53,244 bases of DNA from Octopus bimaculoides (lineage: Eukaryota). A program made the translations under genes and the position numbers. The notes under the pieces are model-generated. The model made no database searches, had not been told where the DNA came from, and saw nothing but the letters and a program-made list of their open reading frames with translations. Of this stretch, positions 12,335-25,650 are shown piece by piece. The stretch's first letter is position 1. Each line of letters opens with the position of its first letter. The stretch is from positions 20,504,002 to 20,557,245 of the forward strand of contig NC_069001.1 in NCBI RefSeq assembly GCF_001194135.2. Direction: 5' to 3'.

Positions 12335-13180
12335 AATGAGAATGGGTCCCAATTACAAGAAAGCCTGTCCATCAGTTATGTTGTGGCCTGAATATTCTCA
12401 TAGTTCACCTGTAATTCCTCTTGAGTTATACAATCCATACATTGATGACTGTATTGATGTGACTCCACTTTCCACAAAGAACCTAACTTCTTCCTTTCTT
12501 TTGTCCAGTCCTTCTGCTCCCACCCTTGAATTCTCCTGATAGCTCCAACACATCTGTTAACTTCTTTGATATTCCGATTTACCACTCTTCCCTTACTACA
12601 AGCCTACAATCACCTTTTCCTACCTCAACTTCACCTCCTCCCATCCACAATAAACTGCCTATCCCTTACTCTCAATTCCTCTGCTCTCTAGTGATGACCA
12701 TGTCTTCAAGACACGGTCCCAACACATGGCTTGCCACTTCACCCACCAAAGATACCCTACCATTGTAATCCAAGCTGCTTTCACTTGCACTCTGTTGACT
12801 GTACATCAGTCCTCTTTCCTAATGCTCATCCCACCCTTCTCTGCCTCCTCTTCCCCTTACCTGCCATCCCTCCAACCTATCTCTCCAATGCACTATTTTA
12901 CACACTTTCAACATACTTCAATCCAACTCCACCACTTCCGACATCTTTCCCAATCCACCCACCCTCTCCTTTAAATGTGCCTACATAACTTACTGGTTAC
13001 TCTGGTAGTATGCTTTTGAAACACCCACCTCCACTACTAATTGGGTCACTTAGGAAACAAAAACTGTCAACTACTTCAACAATACTATCTGGGTATTTCA
13101 TAGATTCTATTGCCATTCAGCTCTCATTGCTTACTGCCACTGTGTGAAACTATGATGAACAGAAGGAGCTGAGGACTGAG
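12335..13180 (+). mobile_element. Penelope-like element RT (YIDD) and C-terminal remnant
   Basis: GMRMGPNY, YNPYIDDCI, SVNFFDI, IPYSQFL motifs with frameshifts. Confidence 0.75.
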
Positions 13181-14819
13181 CTCTGATGGACACAAAAATT
13201 GCTGCTGAATTTATTGCTGATGCTCATCTTGCTGACTGCACTTCTGTGTATGGTTTGCATGGCTCACATGTGCCATTTGTCTAACTATCTAACTATAGCT
13301 CCACTAGCAAATAAGCAGATTACATTGCATCAAAGTTGTCAAAGATAATGTTAACAATGATAATATCTTTCTTCAAGTGTTTACATTTGAATTTTACTCA
13401 TATATATATATATATATGTATATATATACATGTAAGTAGACACACATTTATATAGCTATTTATGTATATATAATATATAAGTGTATATTATAAATGCACA
13501 CACACACATGTAGTGGCTGTCAACTCATAGATAAGTATGGACATTGCTCACAAATTATCCTAGAAGTTAAAGATAAAGGTTATCAGCAATGCTCATGCTG
13601 AAATTTAGAGTCAGCTAACAAACCTACCCGACCTGTGGATGGTTTAAGTTGCTTTGATGGTATTTTTGTCACCAAATAATTGAACTACAAAGAAAGTTTA
13701 TGCGTAGCACAGCAATCTATGTTTCCAATTAACCTAGGAACAGAAAACCAAATTAAAGGCTGGTTCTTGTGGAGGTCGTTGCACTTTAATGATCATAGAA
13801 CATATAAGTTTGTGAGCGATACAAAGTAGAGCTACTGAAGTGTTTCGGGAGTAGATTACAGATAATGACTACAAAACATAGTTGTTTTACATGAAAGTGA
13901 AATTTCTTGTCAGAAACAGCCACATAAATGGTGTTAAGAAATTGTAGGAAGACATTGAAACTTCCCCTCTGGGAGTTTATTTTATTCAACTGCAAAGGAA
14001 GCTATTTTTTCAGAGAGAAGTATGATTGGTATGTTAAAAAATGGCAATAGAATATCTACTTGAAAAATTAGAGTTAAAGGAATGTATTTGCTACGTCCTT
14101 ACAGTGTACAACCACTCTGAAATTGACTTCAGGTAACGAGAAATGAAGACATGAAAAGTTTGACTTCAGTTCATGAATACTGCTTTGAATCTTTAGCAGT
14201 TTGCAGTGAAAAGATGTTGCATTCAAAATATCATAATGGATAGGTAAATAAGCATCCTTAAAGTGAAACAGCACATTGGTAGGTAAACAAATGTATCAAC
14301 ACATAGAAGAGAGGGAAGGGAAAAATCACCTTTCAAGCAACTCAGAATAAGTAAAGGTAAGCTTGCCAAAGTTTAATGCAGCTTAAATATGGAGATTAAG
14401 ATTGTTTGGTATTGGATATTCATTGCATACAGTGTTCCTAGTCAACTTAATCACCGCTGCAGGTGGACAGTCGAAATAAATGAATAAACAAAATCCTTTC
14501 ACTTTTATAGTATTCTCTAACCAAGTAATGATACACAATTACAAGATATAAATAAATAATAAATGAAAAAGGCTTACTGATTTTGGAGTGATGCTGTAGT
14601 GCTGGAGCTGAAGAAGAGACAATCATGATAGAGTTTATGGAGAGCAGTGCCAGGAAGGGGTTGTACAGGCTACATCGCAAACAAAAAATAAGGTTTTCCA
14701 ATATGTCAAGCAAAAATTTTCATCTAAGAAACTGAAAGACAAAGTAAAATTCTTAATTTAGTTATTAGAAAAAGACTAAGTAACAGTAGCAGTCTTAATT
14801 AGTTATACTAACTTACCTT

Positions 14820-14976
14820 ATGATGTGGTTGTGTGATAAGGAGCTTACTTCCCAACCACATAATTCCAAATTCAGTCCCAGTGCATGGCACCTTGGGCAA
14901 ATGTCTTCTACTATAGCCTCAGACTAACTAAAACCTTGTGAGTGGATTTGGTCAAAGGAAACTGAAAGAAGCCTGT

Positions 14977-15007
<31 letters not shown>

Positions 15008-15229
15008 ATCTTTCTGTTTGTTCCCCCATCACCACTTGACAACTGGTGTTGGTGCGTTTACATCCCTGTAACTTATCAGTTCATCAAAAGGGACTGATAA
15101 AATAAGCACCTGGCTATAGAAATAAGTCCTGGAATCAATTTGTTTGACTAAAACAAAGTTTAGTTGAACAAAGGCAGTGCTCCAGCATGGCTGCAGTCAA
15201 ATGACTGAAACAAGTAAAAGAGTAAAAGA
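14820..15229 (+). mobile_element. SINE family A, ending about 130 nt upstream of the KCNQ helix-C exon
   Basis: Homology to 1237-1690 including the gagtaaaag tail. Confidence 0.85.
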
Positions 15230-15357
15230 ACAAAATACTTTTCAGAAATATAATAATGTAGATATAAAAGACTAAAACATCTCAAGATGTGCCCCAGTAT
15301 GACCACAACCAAAGGACAGATATGAATGAAGAAATTTACAAATTTCTATTATTGTAG

Positions 15358-15453
<96 letters not shown>

Positions 15454-15666
15454 TGAGTATTTCTCTTCATAAACTCAGTTTTCTGGTTTGCACCCCACAC
15501 CATGACATGCCCTTTCTTTCTTTCTTTTTTTTTCTTTTTTCTTAGCTTTTAAGTTACATACAGGATTGTTTCATTGCTCATGTTGCTTTTGCAAACCAGT
15601 AGCATGGACATAATGGCTAGCATATATTCAAGAATAATCTCATAGGCCCAGTACATCTTATGTGTG

Positions 15667-15701
<35 letters not shown>

Positions 15702-16244
15702 TTGTATATATATATATATATATTTATATACACATATGTGTGTGTGTGTGTGCGTGAGATTGAAAATGTTAAAAGGTTTCACACAAGAAAATTTATTGTA
15801 AAAACCAAAGAAAATGTTTGGAGGATTTTAACACAAATAATAGGAAGAAAATGTTCACATTTTTGTTTCAAAATATGCCACAAATTTCAAATTTTTTAAG
15901 CCATTTTAGTCATGCAATAAGAGAAAGGGGAATATATTGAATTAAATTAATGTTTTTTGATAGTAGTTTTGAAATCTCATGTTTTCCTTACAAAATCTAT
16001 GTTATAGTTGTTGCTGGTAATAGTAGTAGTAACAGTTATAACAATAGCAGTTGTCTTTTGTTCCTTTGTATTGATTATGTGGTTGCAGTAGTAGTAGCAG
16101 CAATAGTAATGACCGTAGTAGTAGAATCTCCTACATGTTGAAACCAACCATCAAGAGAAGGTCACTGTCAATTGTAAACGAGGTAGTGTGTAAAATGGTT
16201 CATATAATTGACCTCTCTGTTCATCTGGTAGGCCCAGTTGAGGA

Positions 16245-16575
16245 GCATAAGTAGAAATAATAGTTGCTATCCCACTTTGCAAAATTGGTCTAAGTTAAAG
16301 ATCCTATCACACACTCTGACTACCATGACTGCCTTATCAACCCATTTCTCAACAAGAAGTATACCCATACCGTCAACCCCATTACTATTGCCTACCCAGA
16401 ATATTTTATACCTATGTTTTTTGACTGTGAGGAACCTGGTAGAAGCTCCCCTCCACCTTACCTCTTGGCTACAATGCACATCTACATCCTTCCTTCAAGC
16501 ATCTCAATAATCTCACCAGGCCTACCTTTCAATGTGCTTATATTGAGTGTGCCAACTCTGAAGGTGAAGAAGGAT
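16245..16575 (-). mobile_element. RTE LINE AP-endonuclease N-terminal fragment
   Basis: RVGTLNISTLKG, QEVRWRGAS, GMGILLVEKWVD, RVCDRI. Confidence 0.8.
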
Positions 16576-17064
16576 GGTAAGAGGAAACACAAGTATAGCG
16601 GACAGCATTCTGCATCTGAAAAGAAGGTTTGCATGGATGCTTGCCAGATGTATAGAAGTTCAAATAAATTTCATATATGTTTCAACCTGCATTTAATTTA
16701 CCATCATTTATTCATTTCACACTTGCCATGTCTACCATGGGAAGAGTGTGTGGTATAGACCATTGCTTATACAAAGATAACATAGCACTGATAATTAACT
16801 GGCAAGTACACTTGTTTTATTTCCAATGTGAGCAAGCTAGCTATGCCTTATTCACATTGTAGTACTGTCGTTGCTAGTGGGCTAATTTTGGCTGGAGGAT
16901 GGGGATGGAAAAGAACATTCTGTACAAGTTTCAGAATAAGGGAGGCAAGATAAAGCATTCAACAAGCTAAGAAAAGAAATTGCTAAAAGTGAATCTGCTA
17001 AACTAAAAGTGGAACTACTATGATAAAAATGAAACTTCTAGTATAAAAATGAGAATAAAACTAT

Positions 17065-17290
17065 GCATGCTTCCAGGTTCAGTCCCACTGCATGGAACCT
17101 TGGGAAAATGTTTTCTACTATTACCATGGGCTGACCAAAGGCTTGTGAGTGGATTTGGTAGACAGAAACTGAAAGGAGCCCTTCGTGTGTGTGTGTGTGA
17201 GTGTGTGTGCACGCGCGTGTGTGTGTGTGTATTTGTTCCCCACCACCACTTGACAACTGGTGTTGATGTGTTTCATTTTTGTAACTTAGT
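17065..17290 (+). mobile_element. SINE family A, partial
   Basis: ttccaggttcagtcccactgc...ggatttggtagacagaaactgaa matches family A. Confidence 0.8.
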
Positions 17291-18662
17291 GGTTTTTGTC
17301 CCTGTATTTGTGGGCACTTAATTATCAGTATATTACTCTCTTCTAGGCAAATAAAATGTTTTATTTTTTTCAGATACCCCTTGGTTGATAAAATGCTAAC
17401 ACAAAAAATGATAATTCATACAGTCATTGTTGCCATTCTGTCAGAACTGAGTGATTTAAAATTTGCCAACTTTCTAAAGTTTGGCTGGAATTGGAAGCTT
17501 CTGGTGGAAATATTTCAACTGTATCAAAGAGAACAAAATGTTCAGGCACCATAAGAATGCCACACTTCCTCCAATGGGTTCAAAACATTATTGATGGTGA
17601 TCAAAGAAAATCAGTGAGGAGTTGTTGGAGTAGACTATCAGAACTGTGATGCATGAGGACATTTGCTGAAAGTTGTATTTACTAAAGAGGGGCGAATTCA
17701 ATCTGCAGTTGATTCTGTAAAGGTAACAAGAAGGGCATCCACACATAATAACTATGCCAGAAAGATAAACATAGCATACACAACAGAGAATGGAAATTTA
17801 CTTTGTTGCTATGTGTATGTCAGATGATGCATCTAATGTATGTTGATATGGAAAAAAAACTCACATAAAATGATGAGGATATTGATAACTTTTGAAGCTT
17901 CTATGCCGAGTTGTTAGACTGTAGGACAAAATGCCTTGTTCATATTTATTGGGTTCTCTGTGCTCAAAGCTCAAATTACCAAGATCAACTTTGTTTTTCA
18001 TCTTTTCAATGTGAATGAAGTATAGTACTAGTCCAAGCAGGACTATTAGGGTTTCAAATGAGATGCCTTGTGGCATAACACTAAGTGACTACTATAAGCA
18101 GTAGCAACAGAGTAAACATGATAAGTGTATTGTTATCTTGCAGTGCTACATTCATCCCTCCACTTGTACGGTTTGGACAAAGTTAGCTCAGCTAAACTGG
18201 CTTTTCTTAAAGACTCTGTTGGAAGATGTCTTCAGTAATGTTTCACAGTTTTAATGATATATGCAACCTATGTTTTCTCAATAGTCACGACTCTTAGAAT
18301 CATTAGGGAGTCTGAGAGCTCTGTAATCTACCCTGAGTTGTTGTTTGCATGCTAAACAGCTCTCAAATAACTCATTCCATCAAGCAACAAATATGTAAAC
18401 AGCAACAGGATGGTATAATTGTTCTTGAGCAGAGTTGTTAGCTGAAGGTAGATTTCATCAACAACTAGATAAATTATAGAAGAGAAAGAGGTGTATTGAC
18501 AATGAAACAAAATGATTGGTTTGCACAGATTTATTTTGGATATGGAATGATATATTTTTTAATTTTATTATCAAAACCTTGTAGGAAAAATTTCCCTATA
18601 AAAGCAGTGGCAGACAGAATTAGAATCTCTTTCATGTATTTATTTTTACCTTTTATTTATAG

Positions 18663-18762
18663 GCTTGACCAAATTCTTGGGAAACCTTCAACTTTGTACC
18701 ATAATTCACGAGACAGAGACAAAATGACAATTTGTGCACGCATTGTAAGAGTAGAAAATCAG
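18663..18762 (+). CDS. KCNQ1: KCNQ1-type channel exon, C-D linker and start of helix D: LDQILGKPSTLYHNSRDRDKMTICARIVRVENQ
   Basis: Pyrimidine tract plus ag, donor gtatgt; 100 bp. It completes the phase-2 Arg codon and matches LDQSIGKPS...TIGARLNRVEDK. Confidence 0.94.
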
Positions 18763-19440
18763 GTATGTAATATTATGCATTTTGTTTGTATATCTTTGTC
18801 CACACACATGCGTGCATGCACACACACACACACACACACGCATGCACACACACACACACATTAGTTCAAAGGATTTATTAAGAATCATGGCACATCAATG
18901 TGAAAGACACCACCAATTGGCTAGACAGAGCAGACAGTGAAATAATCTGTCATCATAGGCATCAATTATACTGACTGCATACTGTTGTTAGGTAATTCTC
19001 AATTCCACTTATTTACCTATGATCCAATTCCTCAGCAAATTCTTGCTCTGGTGTAAGTATAAATAATAACTGACAAATGGAAGTTTAAATTCATGACAAT
19101 TGTTTATTTAATGTAGTCATAACAGATTACATTATGTTACATTATTTAAACTTAGCCATTCATGACATAACCTATTAATTTAAGCTAGTGGACTTTTAAA
19201 GTCTGGAATAGAATATATAAACTATTGGGTGTGTTGAAAAGCTGTCAGTCAACTAAGGCACAAATTAAGGAAGAGAAGAAATAATACATAATTTAAATTG
19301 ATTTATTCTCTGACTCAGAGATGGTAGAAAGAAGTTAACATCATTACAGAACAGACAAAACAGTGTAAAGGTTTCCATTAATCCCTCATCATAAAATAAA
19401 GCAAACATTTTGGTCTGTTTGACAGAGACATATTCATTTT

Positions 19441-19630
19441 ATTCATCATCATCGTCATCGTCGTTTAACGTCTGCATTCCATGCTAGCATGGGTTGGACA
19501 ATTTGACTGAGGACTGGTGAAACCGGATGGCAACACCAGGCTCCAATCTGATTTGGCAGAGTTTCTACGGCTGGATGCCCTTCCTAACGCCAACCACTCA
19601 GAGAGTGTAGTGGGTGCTTTTATGTGTCAC
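19441..19630 (-). mobile_element. RTE-tail element (family D)
   Basis: catcatc...tttaacgtctgc.ttccatgctagcatgggttgga...gcccttcctaacgccaacc is shared with 7545-7740. Confidence 0.8.
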
Positions 19631-20362
19631 CCGCATCATATATATAAAATACAAACTGACATTTACATTCACACTCTCATATACCCACATCTATGCACTT
19701 GAACCACACTCATACACACACATATTCACAGATCCATACACATAAATATATGCACAGACTGTTGTAAATTATTGACAATACAAAAAGTAAATTATCTCTA
19801 ATGATACCACTGTTGTTAGGAGTGTTTGCTTTGATTATATTTCCTTGTTAGGTATGTTATTGGTAGCATCTTGCTATAGAGGAGATAAGGGTACTTGTAT
19901 CAGGTTCATGATGTGTATGTTCTATGGAAGGACAAAACAGTCAAAGGGGTTGAGCTTTTTACTTACGAGGAAGATGAAGTAAGGATAGGTTTCTGGTATT
20001 AATTGTGGTGGTACTGGGTAAGTTTTAGTAAAAGAATGTAACAAGAATGAGAGAGATAATATACTAAAGAGAAGCAATTTAACACAATGAGAAAGAAAAC
20101 GTAGTATAGAAAAGCAATTTTAAACATTAAAATATTTATAGAATTGGATGAATGAACATATCAAAAATTAAAGAACAAAAGTGGTGCTTATTTTTTTATG
20201 GGCTGCTAAAGGAAGTAAAATCTGAAAGGATTTCACTTTTTGTATTGTCTATATTGTTTCTATAATGAAGTTGATTTCTATTTAAGAGTCAAATCTCAAT
20301 CATTGGATTTTAAATAACAATTGTAAAAATTTACATGCTGAATTCTAGAAAAGTCTCATATA

Positions 20363-21884
20363 CAGGATTATTCAAAAAGAATGAACCAATTTCATTATGC
20401 AATATTTTAATAAGGAAAAGCAATAGAAAACTCCAGCTAAGTCACAAGTATTTACTTACAGTCAACTTTCATTTCCTGTCTTACAAGTGTTCAATGTAGC
20501 CACCACCTGCAGCACGGGTAACATCAATGCGATAATAGAATTCCTCCCAGAAGCGTATCAGCATATCACAATCCACTGAGTTGATTGCTGTTGTTATTTG
20601 ATTTTTAACATCATCGAGGTTAGTGGGTAATGGTAGAACAAAAACGCAACCCTTTACATATCCCCACAAAAAAAATAACACATTATGAAGTCTGGGGATC
20701 TCACAGTCCAAGCACAAAGAGCAAGGTATGGGCCCCTTTCCAACCAATCCATCACTGAGGCACTTTTTCATTTAGAAAAGCTTGAACCATCAGGTGCCAG
20801 TGAGGTGGTGCACCATCATGTTGAAAAATGAAGTCATGCGAATCTACTTGCAGTGAAGTGAAAAGCCAGTTTTGGAGTATATTGAGATAGGTTTGTCCTG
20901 TAAAGGTGTTTCCTTCAAAGAGAAAGGACCATAAACCTTGTCCTGAGACATAGCACAAAAGACGTTCACCTTAAGGGAATCTCTTTCATACTCAACAGTT
21001 TCATGCGGGTGCTCTGTTCCCCAAATACACACATTGTGACGACTGACTGTGCTGCTCAAGTGGAAAGTCACTTCATCACTAAAAATTAAACGTGAAATTA
21101 AGGTTTTGTCTTCTATCATCTCCAGCATTGATTTGCAAAATTCCATCTGCTTCCTCTTGTCATTGGTAAGTGCCTGAACAAGGTACAGTCTGTATGGTTT
21201 CAAATGTAGACATCTTAGCACATGCTAGATAGTGGATTGAGGGATCACAAGCTCATGGCTAGCTTGATTTGTAGACTTCCGTGGGCTCCCCTCAAATGCA
21301 GCACAGATTCTTACCACTTGTTTCTCTGAAACACGTGGTTGTACTGGACTTTTTCTTTTACACAGACACCCATTCTCTTGAAACTGTTGAACCCACTGTC
21401 GAATGTTCTTAGGAGAGGGCAGATTGATATCAAATTGCCTTTGAAAAGCACACTGCACTGTGACAATCGAATTTGTTTTTGCGAACTCAAGAACACAGAA
21501 CACTTTTTGCTGAGGACACACCATTCTGAGTGTAAACAAACAATGAAAGTTGATGGAAAAATGATATGACTACAGCACCCCTATGGCAGCCATTCAAAAC
21601 TTAGAAAACTCCACTGCTATCCACTAATCTCATTGACCTTAAACATCAAATAACAATAACAATCAACTCAGTGGATCATGATGTGCTGATACGTGTCTGG
21701 GAGGAATTCTCTTATCGCATTGATGTTGCCCGTGCAGCAGGTGGTGGCCACATTGAACACTTGTAAGACAGGAAATAAAAGTTGATTGTGAGTAAATATT
21801 TGTGACTTCACTGGAGTTTTCTATTGCTTTCCTTTATTAAAATATTGCGTATTGAAATTGGTTCATTCTTTTTGAATAACCCTG
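20363..21884 (-). mobile_element. Complete but inactive mariner-like transposon (rosa/DD41D-like), TA target duplication, ~264-bp inverted termini
   Basis: TA|CAGG...CCTG|TA ends. The transposase spans four broken ORFs from 21539 to 20481: QQKVFCVLEFAKTNS, IFSDEVTFHL, FQHDGAPPH, WIG, FFLWGYVK, GGYIEHL*. Confidence 0.9.
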
Positions 21885-23280
21885 TATTCTTACAGTAGCA
21901 CTTGTATATTGAATTTACAGAATATGAAATAGACTCTCTCTTTTCTGGAAACTCCAGTTTTCTACTTATTAATTAATTATATAGTCAGTAACATAACCAA
22001 GTGGGCTAATGACCATGAATGCAAATATAAATTTATGTTTGGAATTTTGAAGATGTTGCCCACAAATAATTTATTTCTTGCATCTGACATCTGCATCAGT
22101 ACACTTTGCTTTCTATTCCAAACAGATCTAGCTTGTATTTTTGATGTTCAACCCTAACTCATCCTTCATAGAAACTAATGATCAACTAGAGTCATTTATT
22201 GCTTCTTCTGGAATAGTGTAGGGTGTTGTTTAGGGGAGATTTAGTTGATTTTTCAAAGTGGTTGAAATATTATGTAGAGGCTCCCTCAGTTTGTATTTGG
22301 AAATTTGGAAATTTGGAAATATTTCTCACATTTGTCTCAACATAGCTCTTCCCGTGGATAATATTGCACATTGTTTTAGTTGCAACACTAAGTCACATAA
22401 GTAGGCAATACTTTTGTGATAGTTGCTGAATATGTATATATATTTAATATCTTCCACAGATGCGTAACATAATCAGCATTTCAGACAATGTTTCTTTTAT
22501 TGCTCAAGTATTTAGTAACTGTCTCTTAATGTTAGATTGTAAAAGTAAAACCTTCAAGACCTGACCAATATGGCCATTATTCTCAAATTTGTTGAAAACA
22601 TTTCTATTCATAACCTTTTGTTGTTGGAGTAGATTCATACAACAATTATAAGGCTGAAATTGTATCTCTTGTGTTCATCCAGGACTCATAAAGTGTTGTT
22701 TTCTTTACTTTTGAGCACTACCATAGGTTGACGTCTTTTTGTTGCTGCAATTGTTTAGCATCAATTGTATACCATCTGAATGTTAGCATACAACACAAGA
22801 AGATTGTCTGGGTTTAAGGGTTTAAGTTTCTTCACCCATTTTTTCTCCTGTAGCAGAATCTGTCAACATTGCCAATTTTGTGAAATATTTTAGTTGATGT
22901 GAAGATATTGTAGTTTTAATATTAATGAAATGTATTTCATCTATAGTTCACTCAAGTATTGCAAATATTGGTACCAGTACTGCTACTACAAATGCATTGT
23001 GGATTATTATTGCATAAAAGGAAAATTCCAACAGCATATTTTTAAAAGTCTGGTGACATTGCCATTATTTCCAGTATTACGATACTTTTGATGACTATTC
23101 ATATATTTATATTACTCATTGTGTAAAAACAGCTTTCCATTTTAACTATCAAGTATGAATATTTTCTCCAGCCCAAATTTATTCATTTATCAGCTGAAAA
23201 TGTTATAAAATCTAGTCTTGATATTACTTAAGTTGATTTAAAGTCTTTTAATTCTTCTTTATTTTGGGGTTTCCATCTAG

Positions 23281-23418
23281 ATGGTACAAATGGATCAGAA
23301 ACTGGATAATGTTGTTGAAATGCTGAGAAACTTGATGAAACATTTAACAAGTGAGAGAGAAGGAAAACCATGGCATTTCTCTTCCCAAGACAATGAAGAA
23401 CCTGTGGAAAAAGTATGA
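23281..23418 (+). CDS. KCNQ1: KCNQ1-type channel probable terminal coding exon (helix D coiled coil and tail): MVQMDQKLDNVVEMLRNLMKHLTSEREGKPWHFSSQDNEEPVEKV*
   Basis: Acceptor ttccatctag, phase 0. MDQKLDNVVEML matches helix D (LDQRLALITDML). Ends in TGA at 23416-23418. Confidence 0.88.
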   Translation: MVQMDQKLDNVVEMLRNLMKHLTSEREGKPWHFSSQDNEEPVEKV

Positions 23419-24024
23419 GCAATTATCAATAACTTTTTCTGAACTTCATCAAATTCAGCATCAATATAAAAACAACTACAACAAAAACATCAAAAATAAT
23501 AACCATAATAATTAAAAACAACAATGTAGTGATTTCAACAAAAATATTTCAGGAACATTAAAATGATATTACAATAATGTAACTCAGTGAGGAGACACAT
23601 ATTAGCTCCTACACAAACATATGCTTAAATTCCAGCATATACACATAGGGTCCTATATGTGAGGCACTATTTAACATTACGCTGTTATGACAAATCTGGA
23701 AGAATTTTTGGATATATGGCATTCCTTATATATTAGATACATGATTCATGTATCTAATATATAAGGAAGCATTGAAGCATTAATATAATGTTAAATGCTA
23801 TATTGATTGTCGACAACTGTAATGTGTATGCATGTGTGTGTCTGTGTGCCAATGTAAATATATGAATACATGCAGATATATATATTAATGAACATGTGTA
23901 TGACAATATATGTATACATATATGCATATAGGTATGTGTGTGTACACACATATATATAATGCATTTATAAGGCATTTTTTAAACATCTGTAATATACTTC
24001 CTTCATTACATGACAACTGGATGT

Positions 24025-24030
24025 AATAAA
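24025..24030 (+). promoter_or_regulatory. Candidate polyadenylation signal (AATAAA) for the KCNQ1-type gene
   Basis: AATAAA about 600 nt after the stop codon; no transcript evidence available. Confidence 0.35.
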
Positions 24031-24725
24031 GATTTCATTTCATCATTCTGTATTAGTCCCTCCAGTAGCCATTATGCAACCAGGCAATGAACACTTTTTT
24101 TACACACTTACACACTCACACACACACACACGCGCGCATCTTAAAAATATGCATGTTTATGTATGTATATGTGTATGTATGTATGAATGTATGTTTGTGA
24201 GTGTCTTTATATATATATGAATATTATGAATATATCATATCTGTGTGTTTATATGTGTATGTGTATCTCCATATATATGTCATCATTTTTATATCTCCTT
24301 TCCATGCTGCTTTCATAGACTGTTGCTCATACATTTCACTTGATTTCTGTAGCAGGATGGTCTTCCTATCACAAACCATTTTACCAAGTGTATTGGGTGC
24401 ATTCTCTTGTGGTACCAAGACTGAAGATTTTGAATAAATGGTCACATAACACTATACATTTTCTGCTCAGTAGCCAACCACTTTACCATATGCAGTAGGT
24501 GCACTTTTTCTGGCACTAGTTGCAGACAAATTGTTCTAGTTGCTAGTGATACTTTTGAGGCAGCACAATTTATTGACATTCTGTGGTGGAACTGGTACAG
24601 GAGATGCTTTGTTCACAGGACAGATTAGAGAGTATTCTGAGTGTTGTGTGGGCTAAGACATGGAGACCAGAGAGGGGGAAATAGGGGAGAGCAGTAATAC
24701 CAATTGCGAGGGCTGAGGTGTATAA

Positions 24726-24779
<54 letters not shown>

Positions 24780-24786
24780 ATACATA

Positions 24787-24835
24787 TACTCTTTACTCTT
24801 TTACTTGTTTCAGTCATTTGACTGCTGCCATGCTG
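24787..24835 (-). mobile_element. 3' end of SINE family A running into an assembly gap
   Basis: ctctttactcttttacttgtttcagtcatttgactgc matches the tail of 547-600. Confidence 0.75.
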
Positions 24836-25409
24836 NNNNNNNNNNNNNNNNNNNNNNNNNNNNNNNNNNNNNNNNNNNNNNNNNNNNNNNNNNNNNNNNN
24901 NNNNNNNNNNNNNNNNNNNNNNNNNNNNNNNNNNNNNNNNNNNNNNNNNNNNNNNNNNNNNNNNNNNNNNNNNNNNNNNNNNNNNNNNNNNNNNNNNNNN
25001 NNNNNNNNNNNNNNNNNNNNNNNNNNNNNNNNNNNNNNNNNNNNNNNNNNNNNNNNNNNNNNNNNNNNNNNNNNNNNNNNNNNNNNNNNNNNNNNNNNNN
25101 NNNNNNNNNNNNNNNNNNNNNNNNNNNNNNNNNNNNNNNNNNNNNNNNNNNNNNNNNNNNNNNNNNNNNNNNNNNNNNNNNNNNNNNNNNNNNNNNNNNN
25201 NNNNNNNNNNNNNNNNNNNNNNNNNNNNNNNNNNNNNNNNNNNNNNNNNNNNNNNNNNNNNNNNNNNNNNNNNNNNNNNNNNNNNNNNNNNNNNNNNNNN
25301 NNNNNNNNNNNNNNNNNNNNNNNNNNNNNNNNNNNNNNNNNNNNNNNNNNNNNNNNNNNNNNNNNNNNNNNNNNNNNNNNNNNNNNNNATATATATACAC
25401 ATATAAAAA

Positions 25410-25650
25410 AATGCTTCCTTCTTGAGCCATGCCAAGTTCATAAGGTCTGGTTTCAATGGTGTATATACTCCTTATACTCCTCACCTGGACAGAATGCCGG
25501 TGATTATTCATTTTCCCCAGCTAAGTGGACTGGAGCAACATGAAATGAAGTGCTTTGCTCAAGAACGCAACGCATCACCCAGTCCAAGAATCGAAATCAC
25601 AATCTTCCAATCATGAATCCAGCACTCTGACCACTAAACCATGTGCCCCC
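25410..25650 (-). mobile_element. tRNA-related SINE, family C (tail type 1)
   Basis: Reverse complement head gcacatggtttagtggtcagagtg...gttcttgagcaaagcact...gctccagtccact is shared with 29250-29390. Confidence 0.7.
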
